A DNA stretch of 64,000 nucleotides. It comes from Gracilinanus agilis. Its lineage: Eukaryota. The position numbers and the translations under genes were made by a program. Location of the stretch: the NCBI RefSeq assembly GCF_016433145.1, contig NC_058131.1:612630708-612694707 (forward strand). Direction: 5' to 3'. Positions 12,480 to 23,100 of this stretch are shown here, piece after piece. The notes beneath the pieces are model-generated. The model was not told the DNA's origin and made no database searches. It saw only the letters and a list, made by a program, of their open reading frames with translations. Positions within the stretch are counted from its first letter, which is position 1. Each line of letters starts with the position of its first letter.

Positions 12480-13045
12480 AACTTGGTTTAGCCTGCCTGC
12501 CAAGACAGTTTACTATGGTGTGGTAGTTGCACATGCTACATCTTCTTGGAGCCACATGTGAGAGCTGGGTAGCAGGTAAACACCAAAGAAGGAAAGCAGC
12601 CCTGAAAAGAATTAGGCAAATCTTCCCACCAGAGATACTAGTCTTCCCTAAACACCCCATTCACCTGTACCAAACTAATTAACTGACAGGCCTCAAACCC
12701 TTTGGCGAATTAGGTGGGCATCTGCCATAAGTATGTGAAGACTCTCTCTAATAGAATGGCCAGACGAGACCAATTTGTTTCAATAGTTATGAAGGCCTTG
12801 AAAGCAGGCACTGGGGAGCGCTCAGAGGTTGGTTAGACATCATTAAGAAGCTAAGATCATCCATTTGCAAACTGAGCCATTTACATTTTTCAGGACTTGT
12901 CTTGCTATTGGACTTCTGTTACTCTGGAAGAGAGAGTGAGGCCAATGACTTTGCATAACTCAGCTCCACTTAAATCTATTTTATGCTAGACTCAAAAGAC
13001 ATCACCAGTGACATCATTTTGGTTTTTTTGGAGTAAAAAGGACAA
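12480..13045 (-). mobile_element. RTE-family (RTE/RTESINE/WALLSI-like) fragment
   Basis: Reverse complement resembles the marsupial RTE 5' region (gttgtcc...ggcctcactctctcttccagag). Confidence 0.6.
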
Positions 13046-13701
13046 CTAATCAATGAGCACGTGCTTTCAATTCTTTGCTACTACAAAAAAGTGCCACAAT
13101 TAATATATTTTTATATTCTTCCCTTTGTCTATGACATTCTTGGGTACATATACCCAGTTATACTATTGTTGGGACAAAGAATATATACAGTTTAGTGGAG
13201 AATTTTTTTAGTATAATTCCAAATTGTTTTCTAGAATAGCTGAGTCAGTCCACAGCTCCAACAGCAGTGAATCAGTGTCTTTCCCCTTCCCACAATCCAT
13301 CAAATTTACCAGTTTGTCAACTTTTGCCTCTCTTATGGGTATGAAGAGAAACTTAAGTCTTTGATATTCATTCTAAAGCATTTCTTCATCTATACCTTTA
13401 GGAACATTTGTTTTCTTTCACTATCTAGCTTAAGTACCTTTCCTAATCCTTCAAGTTATTCTCTTAACTTTATGTTTGTTAACATTTCTGTATACCTGAC
13501 ATAGTAGAATAGCAGATTACTGTATAAGTTAATTGAGGATAGTGACTAGGTAATTGTGGTCTCTGTATCCCCAGTTCTTAGTCCAATGCCCTGCATATAG
13601 TAGATTTTAATAAATACTTATTGAATAAGTGCTTAGGAGAAGTCAAATAGAAAAGGTGAGTATTTTTAGAAAGAATCATTTTTTTTCCTGGTAGTGTAAG
13701 G

Positions 13702-13905
13702 CAGTGATGGACAAACTATGGCCTGAGGGCCAGATGTAGCCCCCTGAAATGTTCTATTCAGCTTCCTGACATTATTCCTAATCTGACGAATACAATGAGT
13801 AGGATACAATGCAATGAAACTTTGAAAGAGTTGCCTTAGAAACAGACTGACAGATGAACATTTCCTTTTCTTTGACCCCCTCTTTAAAAAGTTTGCCCAT
13901 CACTG
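13702..13905. mobile_element. hAT/Charlie-type MITE, 204 bp
   Basis: TIRs cagtgatggacaaact / agtttgcccatcactg; perfect 8-bp TSD gtgtaagg. Confidence 0.92.
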
Positions 13906-13929
13906 GTGTAAGGGAAAGCTTTCAACAGC

Positions 13930-14300
13930 TGAAAATGAGGAGAAGGGAGATTTTGTCAAGGCATGGAGAAAAGTGTCCGATAAGAAAGGAGAGGGCTAGA
14001 TGAGACTTTAACTTAGAGTGGTCCTGTGTGAATGGAACACAGAAACATAAAAAGAATAGTATAAGGTAATTCTGAAATGGTAGTTTGGAGCCATATCAGG
14101 AAGGGTCTTAAATGTCCCTTTAGATTTATTTATTAGTTCTTGAAATAATGAAGAGCCATTGAAGATTTCTTCTTTGGGACTTGATGGGCAATGGAAATCC
14201 TTTGAAGGCTTGATATGATTAGAGCAGTGTATTAGTAAGACAAATATTGCTTTGAAAGACTTAATGGAACTTAATGACTGATTGGAAGTGAGAGTAAAGG
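13930..14300 (-). mobile_element. L2 remnant
   Basis: Purine-rich, degenerate L2-like sequence. Confidence 0.55.
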
Positions 14301-14424
14301 AGAAGAGTCTACAACTCTGCATGAGTGCCTCTCTATCTTGGGGTCCCCTGTCTCTATCCCATCTCTTTGTACTTGGGAACTCCAGCTTCCTTTGTGATAC
14401 AGCCAGGGTTGGTTAGAACTCTTC

Positions 14425-14650
14425 TAGATGGTGCAGTAGGTAGAGTGCTGGGCCCAGAGTCAGGAAAATTTGAGTTCTTATCTCAGATACTTATTAGTTG
14501 CATGATCCTGGGCAGGTCACAAACTCTCTGCTTCTGTTTCCTCATTTGTAAAATGGGGATAATAAGAGCACCTACCCCAGAAGGGGGTTGTGAAAACCAA
14601 ATGAGATATTTATAAAGCACTTGGTGCATAGTAGGTGTTTTAATAAAGAC
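14425..14650 (+). mobile_element. MIR-type SINE
   Basis: Core ...gggcaggtcacaaactctctg...ctcatttgtaaaatggggataataag. Confidence 0.8.
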
Positions 14651-15376
14651 TTATTTTCCAACTTCAGGTAATAGATTCAGAAAGGACCGATAGACAACTC
14701 TGCAGCCCTTTGGGGATGGTATTTTGTCTTAGTGGCAATAGGTGAAATTATGAGTTGATTATATATGAACTTGAGATCTTTATCTTTTTTTTTTTCAACT
14801 AGTTGTCTCCTAGAGTCACTATCCCAGGGATGACTGGGCAGTAATATGAATAAAAACTAGTCAGGGAAAAAAGGCTCGATGGAGAAGGGTTACAAAAGGG
14901 ACTAGTGGCAGAATGAAAGGAACTAGTATTTATTAAGCACCTACTATATGCCAGGTACCATGCTAAACACTTTACAAAAACCTTGTTTTATCCTCACCTG
15001 GGAGGTAGGTGCTACTATTCTCTTCATTATGACTTGCCCAGAGTTCCTCCACAACTAGTTAAATGTCCGAGGCTACATTTGAACTCAGTTCTTCCTGACT
15101 CTAGGTATAGCACTCAAGACCCTATATCTGTATATATCTGATTTTCCACTGTGGGAGTGCTCCAAGCAGGAAAAGGTGTCTCCCCCAAAATATATCCTAT
15201 TCCAATTACTATTTCTATAGTCTCCTAGATGTATATTTCTAGGTCCTCTCCCCATGGTTCCCTTCTTCCTGGGGCTCTTGCCCCATCTCTTTCTCCCAGT
15301 GCTGAGAACTTGATTTGGTTTTATCCTCCCTTTCTGCTTCTTCTCTTCATACTCCTGACTCCTATGGCTTCTTCTT

Positions 15377-15596
15377 CTTCTTTTTTATTTATTTATTTTA
15401 TTTAAACCCTTACCTTCCATCTTGGAGTCAATACTGTGTATTGGCTCCAAGGCAGTAGAATGGTAAGGGTAGGCAATGGGGGTCAAATGACTTGCCCAGG
15501 GTCACACAGCTGGGAAGTGTCCAAGGCCAGATTTGAATCTAGGACCTTCTGTCTCTAGGCCTGACTCTCAATCCACTGAGCCACCCAGCTGTCCCC
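15377..15596 (-). mobile_element. SINE1_Mdo-type SINE
   Basis: Reverse consensus; TSD cct(a/g)tggcttcttctt. Confidence 0.9.
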
Positions 15597-17179
15597 TCCT
15601 GTGGCTTCTTCTTAACACTTCCAGTTTCAGAATTCCTCAGAACAACTTAGCATTGGATCCAAAAGCAACAATTTTGCTCCAGTTGGAGGTCCATCTAGCC
15701 TTCCCAACTAGTCAAATCTAGGGCCTACAATGTGTTGTGTTGAAGATATAAAGAAATGTGAATAACAGTCCAATCTCTCAAGGTCAAGTCTAATGGGACT
15801 AGAGCAGTCTGTCAACTCCCCTAAGAAGAGGAAAGACAAATATCTATGTCTTTGTACCTTGTTTCCTCCGAGGTTCCAAGGGACTTGCATATAGTCAATA
15901 TTTGTTGATTTGGCATTTTTAGATAGCCATGTCCAGTGCCTCCAAGTAGACTGAGTCCCTCAAGGGCAGGCATTGTATCCACAGTCCTCAGTTGGCTCAG
16001 TGTTTTCCCTTACAGTGTACAAAACTGAAGTTCAGGACATGCTTGATAAGAATAACAATAATCGCTCCTATCTATATGAGCTTTAGATTGACCCAAAACA
16101 CTTGACTTAACATTATCTCCTTTGACATCACAACATCCCTCTGGAGTAGGATCACACATAGTGAGTGTTAAAAGTTGGATATATGCTAATTCTGAGACTA
16201 GAAGCTTAATAAACGCTTGTTGATTGATGATTGATTTATCCCCCACCTCAACTTTAGGAAGCTCATTATTGGGAAATCCTTATTCAGGAAGAAACTTCAT
16301 CACCCCTGTCTAGTGGAGGGTGGAGCCATAAACTTCAAAACCTCCATTTAAGGTGGGGAACTCAATTCCCTTTTCCCCTTACCCAAGTACTATCATCACC
16401 AACACTACCCTCCTTCAAGGTTCCTGTCTGCTGAAGAACTAGGATTTGGAGAAGACAAAAATACCAGGAATTAGGTGTATATGTGGTGGGGGATAATGGT
16501 TGGAGTTGGGGAATACAGTTAGGAGGGTAACTGGTTTCTAAACTCAGTTATTTCTCCACATGCCTAATGGAATTTCAGTCCCAGCTCTAGGTCTGCCCAA
16601 TTCAATTTGAGAAACATTGATTAAGTACCTATGGTAAACAAACCAGTACTCAAGCTCTAGAAAAACAAAAACAAGTGAAATTTCTGCCCTTAAGAAGTTT
16701 ATAATCTTGGTCAGAAAAGGAAAGTAGAAAAAAAGAAAATAAAAAGAAAAGGAAAGTAGTTCATATGTGATTATAATTGAGGAAACTGAGGCTCAGAGAG
16801 GTAAGTGAATTGTTTATGGACGAAATTTAGCGTCAAGACCAGAATTTGAATCAATGTCTCCTGACTAAAAGTTCAGTGCCCTTTCCATTATTCCACAATG
16901 GCTCTCAAACATATACAGATTTTAAAATTAAATTTATTCAGTCAGAAGTAAAAGACGGCTATTTGAGGAGGGTGGAAGGAGGGGAGGGAAAGAACATGAT
17001 TCATGTAACCATGGAAAAATATTCTAAATGAATTAAATACATAAATAAACTTAAATTCTTAAAAAAAAAAAAAGAAAAGAGGCTGTCTTGCACTTACTCT
17101 AAAAAACTGACGGAGGAGCTAGAGGATAAAGCATTTCCAGAATCAGTTTTTTCTCAGGATTTAAATTGGGTGGCTCGGA

Positions 17180-17400
17180 GGTATAATAGATAAACTGCTT
17201 GGAGCAAGGAAGACCTGAGTTTGATTCCAATATCAGATGCCCCTGAGCAAGTCACTTCACTTCAATTTCTTCAAATGAGGATAATAATAGCATCTACATC
17301 CTAGGATGGTTGTGCAGATTAAATGAGAAAATATTTGTGAGGTGCTTAACATAATTTCTGGCACATAGTAGGTGCTTTATAAATGCTAGTTGCAATTATC
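17180..17400 (+). mobile_element. MIR-type SINE
   Basis: MIR core and tail. Confidence 0.7.
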
Positions 17401-17679
17401 ATAGGATCCATATAGATTGTAAGTGTTACAGTACTGTTGGAGATTTTCACACCAGAAGCTGAGGAAACAAAATAGTCTCAACAAGGGGTAGAGGATTCAG
17501 CTAGCCATGGAAAGACTCGGATTTAACTTGGAGAAATAGGGGAAGTAAGAAGATGTTTTAGATGAGAGAAAAAGAGCAAAGGTTCTGGACCCAGAAGCCA
17601 TTTGGGAAGCCAGTGGGAGACTGGTCAGATGGGGGGGGGGGGGTAGAAAGCAAGAAGGGTGCTTTTATGTCATTTATCA

Positions 17680-18170
17680 AGAGCTTATTATTAAGAGCTT
17701 ATTAGGCACAGTGCTAATTGCTAAGGATACTAAGAAAAAAACAAAACATGATGCCTGCCTTCAGGAACTCACATTCTAATGGGGAAACAATATACAAAAA
17801 ATGGTACTTGTAAGATTTATATAGTCTAAATGAAAGATGATCTTGGAGGCTTGGCCCTAGCATCGGGGAAGATTGGGAAAAGATTCCTATAGAAGATACC
17901 GTTGAAACTGTCTCTAAGGAATTTAGGGACTAAGGAGGTGAAGGTGAGGAGGAAGAGAATTTCAGTTTTAGGAGTAAAGTCATGGAGCAGAGAGATGTGG
18001 CATCATTGTGGGGTGGGGAATCCATGGGAGATAATGTTGATAGATTGGGGCTAGACTGTGCAAAATGAGAGGATCACTCATTTTAAGCCAACTCAACAAG
18101 CATTTACAAATGTCTCTGCATTGTAGTTGAAACCTGGAGAAATAAAGTAAAAAATAGCCTGTCCTCAAAG
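17680..18170 (-). mobile_element. L2 remnant(s)
   Basis: L2 3' end motifs (tcaacaagcattta, ctcacattctaatgggg). Confidence 0.6.
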
Positions 18171-18203
18171 GGCTGACAATATTTTTCATTTTTAACATTC
18201 ATT

Positions 18204-18494
18204 TGTGTGGATAGAATTTTGCTCCCCAGGGACTCTCTCTCCCAGCATCCCCAGTTACATATCTACACAACCTAACATAGGGAAGGTATAAGTTTTGTGT
18301 AGCTCTGCCCTTTCTCTCTTCTCCCGGAAACTCGGCTGTGGAGGTTGGGTGAGAGTCAGACAGGAGAATTTTACCTGTGTGTTTTTTACTTAGGCTTTCT
18401 AATTTTGTTTCTTTTATTTCGCCTACTTCGTGATTATCAATAAATCTTATAAAATTTAATAATTGAATTATTGGATATTAATTTAAATCTTACA
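18204..18494 (+). mobile_element. Solo LTR (ERV1-like), 291 bp
   Basis: TG...CA termini, 4-bp TSD CATT, TATAA at 18287, AATAAA at 18439. Confidence 0.8.
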
Positions 18495-18499
18495 CATTT

Positions 18500-19520
18500 A
18501 AGAAAATGAATTCTGAATTCTCTCCCTCCCTCTTCTTCTCTCTTACCCATTGAGAAAGCTAGTAATGTGATTTCACTTATTTATGTGAGATAATGCAAAA
18601 TATATTTCTATATTAACCATGTTGCAAAAACAAAAACAAGAAAAATCAAAAAGTGAAAAAAATGAAGCTTCAATCTGTACTTGGACTCCATCAGTTCTCT
18701 CTCTAGAGGTGAATAGCATTTTCTATAAGTCCTTCAGAATTGTCTTTCATCACTGTATTGATCAGAATAACAAAGTTCATCTGGTTCTGCTCACTTCATT
18801 TTGCATGAGTTCATATAAGTCTTCCCAGTTTTTTCTCAAACCATTCTGTTCATTCTTTTTTCCCCCTAAGGCCTTACTTTCTGTCTCAGTATCAATACTA
18901 AGTCAGAAGAGTGTCAAGAGCTGGATAATGGGGGTTAAGTTACTTGCTCAGGGTCACAGAGCTGGGAAGTATCCAAGGCCAGATTTGAGTCCTGGTCCTC
19001 CTGATTGCAGATTTGACTCTCTCTTCACCAAGCCACCTACCTGCCCAAGCTCATCATTTCTTATAGCACAATAGTATTCCATCACAATCCCACCACAACT
19101 TGCTCAGCCATTTCCCTAGTTAATGGGCATCCTGTCAATTTCTAATTCTTTGTCACCATAAAAAGAGCTAATATAAATATTTTAGTATACATAGGTCATT
19201 TTCCTTTATTTGGGATGAAAAACTAGTAGCAATATTGCTAGATCAAAGTCTATGCACAGTTTGATAGTCCTTTGGATCTAGTTCCAAATGTTCTTCTTCA
19301 GAATGGTTGGACCAGTTCACAACTATACCAAGAGTGCATTATTGTCCCAATTTTTCCACATTCCTTCCAATATTTGTCTTTTCTGTCATGTTAGTCAATG
19401 TGATAAGGTGAGGTAGTATCTCAGACTTGTTTTAATGTACATTTTGTCTTTATCAGAGAAACTTGCTGTAACCCCATAGTTTCCTGCTTTCTTTCCAATC
19501 TTGGCTACATTAGTTTTGTT
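18500..19520 (-). mobile_element. L1 3' end remnant with a nested SINE (about 18856-19045)
   Basis: Reverse L1 3'UTR/ORF2-end motifs. Confidence 0.7.
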
Positions 19521-19569
19521 TATGCAAAAAAAAAATTTGTTCTTGTTATAATTCAATAATATCTCACTC

Positions 19570-19787
19570 TTTGTGAACCCATTTGGGTCACAAATTTCTT
19601 GGCAAAGACACTGGAGTGGTTTGCCATTTTCTTCTTCAGCTCATTTTAGAGACGAAGAACTAGAGCAAACAGGGTTAAGTGACTTACTCAGAGTCACATA
19701 GCTAGTATGTGTCTGAGGCCAGACATGAAGATAAGTCTTCCTGACTCCAGGTCCAATACTCTATCCACTATGCCACCTAGTTGTCCC
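19570..19787 (-). mobile_element. MAR1-type SINE
   Basis: RTE-derived tail (ttggcaaagacactggagtggtttgccatt) plus CORE. Confidence 0.75.
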
Positions 19788-19802
19788 AAAAACTTTTAAG
19801 TT

Positions 19803-19997
19803 GTTTATTTTATTTTTTTATTATTAAACCCTTAACTTCTGTGTATTGGCTCCTAGGTGGAAGATGGTAAGGGTAGGCAATGGGGGTCAAGTGACTTGCC
19901 CAGGGTCACACAGCTGGGAAGTGTCTGAGGCCGGATTTGAACCTAGGACCTCCCATCTCTAGGCCTGGCTCTCAATCCACTGAGCTACCCAGCTGTC
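19803..19997 (-). mobile_element. SINE1_Mdo-type SINE
   Basis: TSD aaaaacttttaagtt. Confidence 0.9.
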
Positions 19998-20219
19998 CCC
20001 AAAAACTTTTAAGTTTTAATGTAACCAAAATTTTCTATTTTATTTCCTGTGGTCCTCTCTATCTCTTTTTGGTCATAAATTCTTACCTTATTCAAAGAGC
20101 TGACATAAAATTTTTCCATGCTCCCCTAATTTACTTATGATATCACATTTTAAGTCTAAATCATATACCCATTTTGACTTTATCTTGGTATATGTTGTGA
20201 GATACTGGTCATTACTTTG

Positions 20220-21050
20220 TTTCTGCCAAATTGCTTAAGGAGTTCATAATCTAATGGGGGAAACAGTACTATATAAAAATAAGATATGTACAAAATAAAT
20301 TGGAGATAATCCCAGAGGGAAGGTACCAGTATTGAGGTAGACTCAGAAAACCTTCTTGCAGAAGGTAAGATTTGAGTTGATTCTTGAAGGGAAACCTGGA
20401 GGATGACACAAGTAGAGAAAGAATTCCAGGCAGGAGGACAGCCAGTAAAAAAGCATAGATTTGAGAGATAGAGTGTCCTGTGCAAGGAGCAGCAAGGAGT
20501 CAAATATCATTGAATTTTAGAATATGTGGAAGAAATAAGATGTAAGAAGATTAGAAAACTAAGAAGGAATCAGGTTGTGAAGGACTAGAAAACTAGAAGA
20601 TTTTATATTTGATCCTAGAGGGAACAGGAAATCACTGGAATTTACTGAGTTGGAGAATGGCTTGATCAGAACTGTGCTTTAGGAAAATCACTTTCACATC
20701 TAAATGGAGACATGACTGAAGTGGAAAGAGATTTGAGTCAAGAAGACCAACCAGAAGGCTTTGATAGTCTAATCATGAGGGCCTGGACCAGGGTGGTGCT
20801 ACTTTAGAGGAGAGAAGGGGTGTAAAACTAGGAAGACTAATGAATGGATTGGATTTGGGAGGTGAGAGAAAAGAGTCAAAACTGACACCTAGGTTTCAAG
20901 ACTGGTTGAATGGAAATAGGGTGGCTGGTCTCAACAGTAATAGAGATGTTAAGAAGAAGAGAGGATTGAAGGGGAAAGTTAGAGTTCAGTTTTAGACATG
21001 TTTAAGATGTCTACAAGACATATAGTTTTAGGTCAGAGTAAGAACAGTTC
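20220..21050 (-). mobile_element. L2 remnant
   Basis: Typical L2 ORF2 3' region in reverse. Confidence 0.65.
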
Positions 21051-21354
21051 TTTATCTTGTGGGCAATGAGAAGCCACTAAAGGTTTCTGAGCAGGAGAGT
21101 GACCTGGATGAAGTTTTGTTTTGGAAAATTAATGGGGTTGCATAAGGTAGGGGTGGATGTTGGATTTGAGGAGAAGTGTCTGAAGCTTGAGGGGGGATGT
21201 ATGGGATTATCAAGGAAGATACTGGATTTGGAGCTTCACTGAGAGTCACAGTGTTCTGAAGGAGGAAAGCAATACTTCTATTGACTCTGGTCAGACACAT
21301 TTTAGAAAGGGCTGTGCGGAATCCTATGGATAGTGACCATGTTAGTGAGAAGCC

Positions 21355-21720
21355 TAGACACCATTGAGAAGATTTGAAGGAACTAGGGAAGTTGAACTTG
21401 GAGAAAATGAGGTCAAGAGTAGGGGTTGATAGTTGTCTTTAAGTTTCTGAAAGGCTGTCAAGGAACAGTGATTAGATTTATTCTGTATGGCTCCAGAGGT
21501 CTGAACAAGGAGTACTGAGCAGAAATTGAGGAGAGGCAGATTGCAACTGCACATAAGGGATTTCTAGCGACTGGCCAAAAGTGGCCCGGGATGTCTCAGG
21601 ATAGCGAGTTCCCCTTCACTGGAAGTCTCCAAGCAGAAGCTAGATGGCCACCTGTTAGAGGTGCTGTAAGAAGTGATTCCTATTCCTATATGACTGAATA
21701 AGTTGATTTTTCTTGTCTTT
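21355..21720 (+). mobile_element. L3/CR1 3' remnant directly upstream of the PPRC1 promoter
   Basis: Degenerate translation resembles the CR1 ORF2 C-terminus (EERLKELG..LEKRRLRG..VFK.LKGC). Confidence 0.65.
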
Positions 21721-21779
21721 TCGAACTCTGAGATTCCATGATTTTGTGACCCAGAAAGTGGGGAATGGGGACGATCAGG

Positions 21780-23100
21780 AGCTAATGGGATGTCGAGGCT
21801 CACAGATCTTTTTCACAACAAAGAGCACACGACACTACACTTCTCTTCCCAGATCCTCACGCATAACTTAGTCTGAGCCAAGAACTACAAATCCCAAAAG
21901 ATACCGCGCGCGCCAGCTCCAGGGTGGAGGCGGACTCTCCGCTAGGTTCATTGGGAGTTGTAGTCTCGCTGAGCTTTCTGGGTATTGTAGTTCTTACCCT
22001 TCACAGCCGGTAGGGCGAGGCGGCGCTGGTGCTTTAGAGCCGCGCTCTGGGGCCAAGATGGCGGCGCGCCGGGGACTGGAAGACGGTGCCGCGCCGCCCC
22101 CAGGAGGGGGCCCCGGACCAGGCCCGGGCGGCGGGATGCACGGCGGCAAGCGTGGGTGCTGCAGCCGGAGCCCGGCGCCCCCAGGAGTCTCGGAGAGCCC
22201 TAGGGGCCGGCAGCAGGTGAGAGCCGGGCGGGCGGCCGGGAGGAGGCAGATCGGCACATGCCGGGCGGTGACACGTGGAAGCTCCCAGAGCTGGGGTGGG
22301 GAAAAGAGAGACGGTGGAGGCATCCGGCGAACGGCATTTGGGAGGAGGGGGCGACCGAGATCCCAGGATTTGGGGGCTGTCTCCTGAATCTCGAAAAAGC
22401 CACTGTCTTAAAGGAGGGAGCCGGGGGAGGGAGGTTGGAGGAGCTGCGGACGCCGCATTTCTGGTGTCTGAGCAGGGGTCGTTGAGGTTGGACAGGGGAG
22501 GAGCAGAATGGAGAGGATGGGGGGGTGTTGGGACAAGAGGGGGACCCGGTAGATTCGGCCCCGTTTCTTCCCCCTTCCATCCTATGCAGCCCTCCCTCTT
22601 CATGGCTCGAATGTAGCTCTCCCTCCCCCGCAGCCTTTAGGGACCCCAAATCCTCGGGGGCCGGGGTCCCCTTGAGGTGAAACCCTCTTCCCCTTGCCTA
22701 GCCCCGGTTTCTTTCCTGGCCACGTGGGGGTCTGCGTGTGGAGGGAGGGGTGAACAATTTTCCCGGGAGAACTTGATCCCCGCCCAGCCCTCCCCCTTCT
22801 TGTCCCCACTGCAGTCCCCGCATCCACGTGGATTGGGCCAGGCGCGGGGACACCGTCGGGGTGGCCGCAGTCCACGTGGGGCGGGGGGAGAGGGGGTGTC
22901 CACGTGGCCCACTCCCCCCACCCCCGCAGTCCCGGCGGCTTATCGGCTGCTGGGGCCAGCGCTGAGGCCATGCTGCCTGGAACTGGGTGTGTCTGGCCGG
23001 AAGGTCCTTCCCCTCACCACCAGCCCTGCAGCCCCCCCCCCTCCCGGGCTGGGGGGCTGGGAGGGTGTGCGAGTGCGCGCTTGTGTGTGTGTTGAGGAAC
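21780..23100 (+). promoter_or_regulatory. PPRC1: PPRC1 CpG-island promoter / first intron
   Basis: CpG-rich; ACTACAnnTCCCA-like motifs at 21884, 21952 and 21979; YY1-like AAGATGGCGGC over the ATG; five CACGTG E-boxes. Confidence 0.88.
22058..22216 (+). CDS. PPRC1: PPRC1 exon 1 (MAARRG...GRQQ)
   Basis: ATG; donor CAG|gtgaga; phase 0. Confidence 0.9.

Noticed and set aside
15533-20140. Recurrent small ORFs such as MNLGPPISRPGSQSTELPSCP and WKSGKGRQWGSSDLPRVTQLGSV
   Set aside because: Translations of antisense SINE1 copies, not a gene family.
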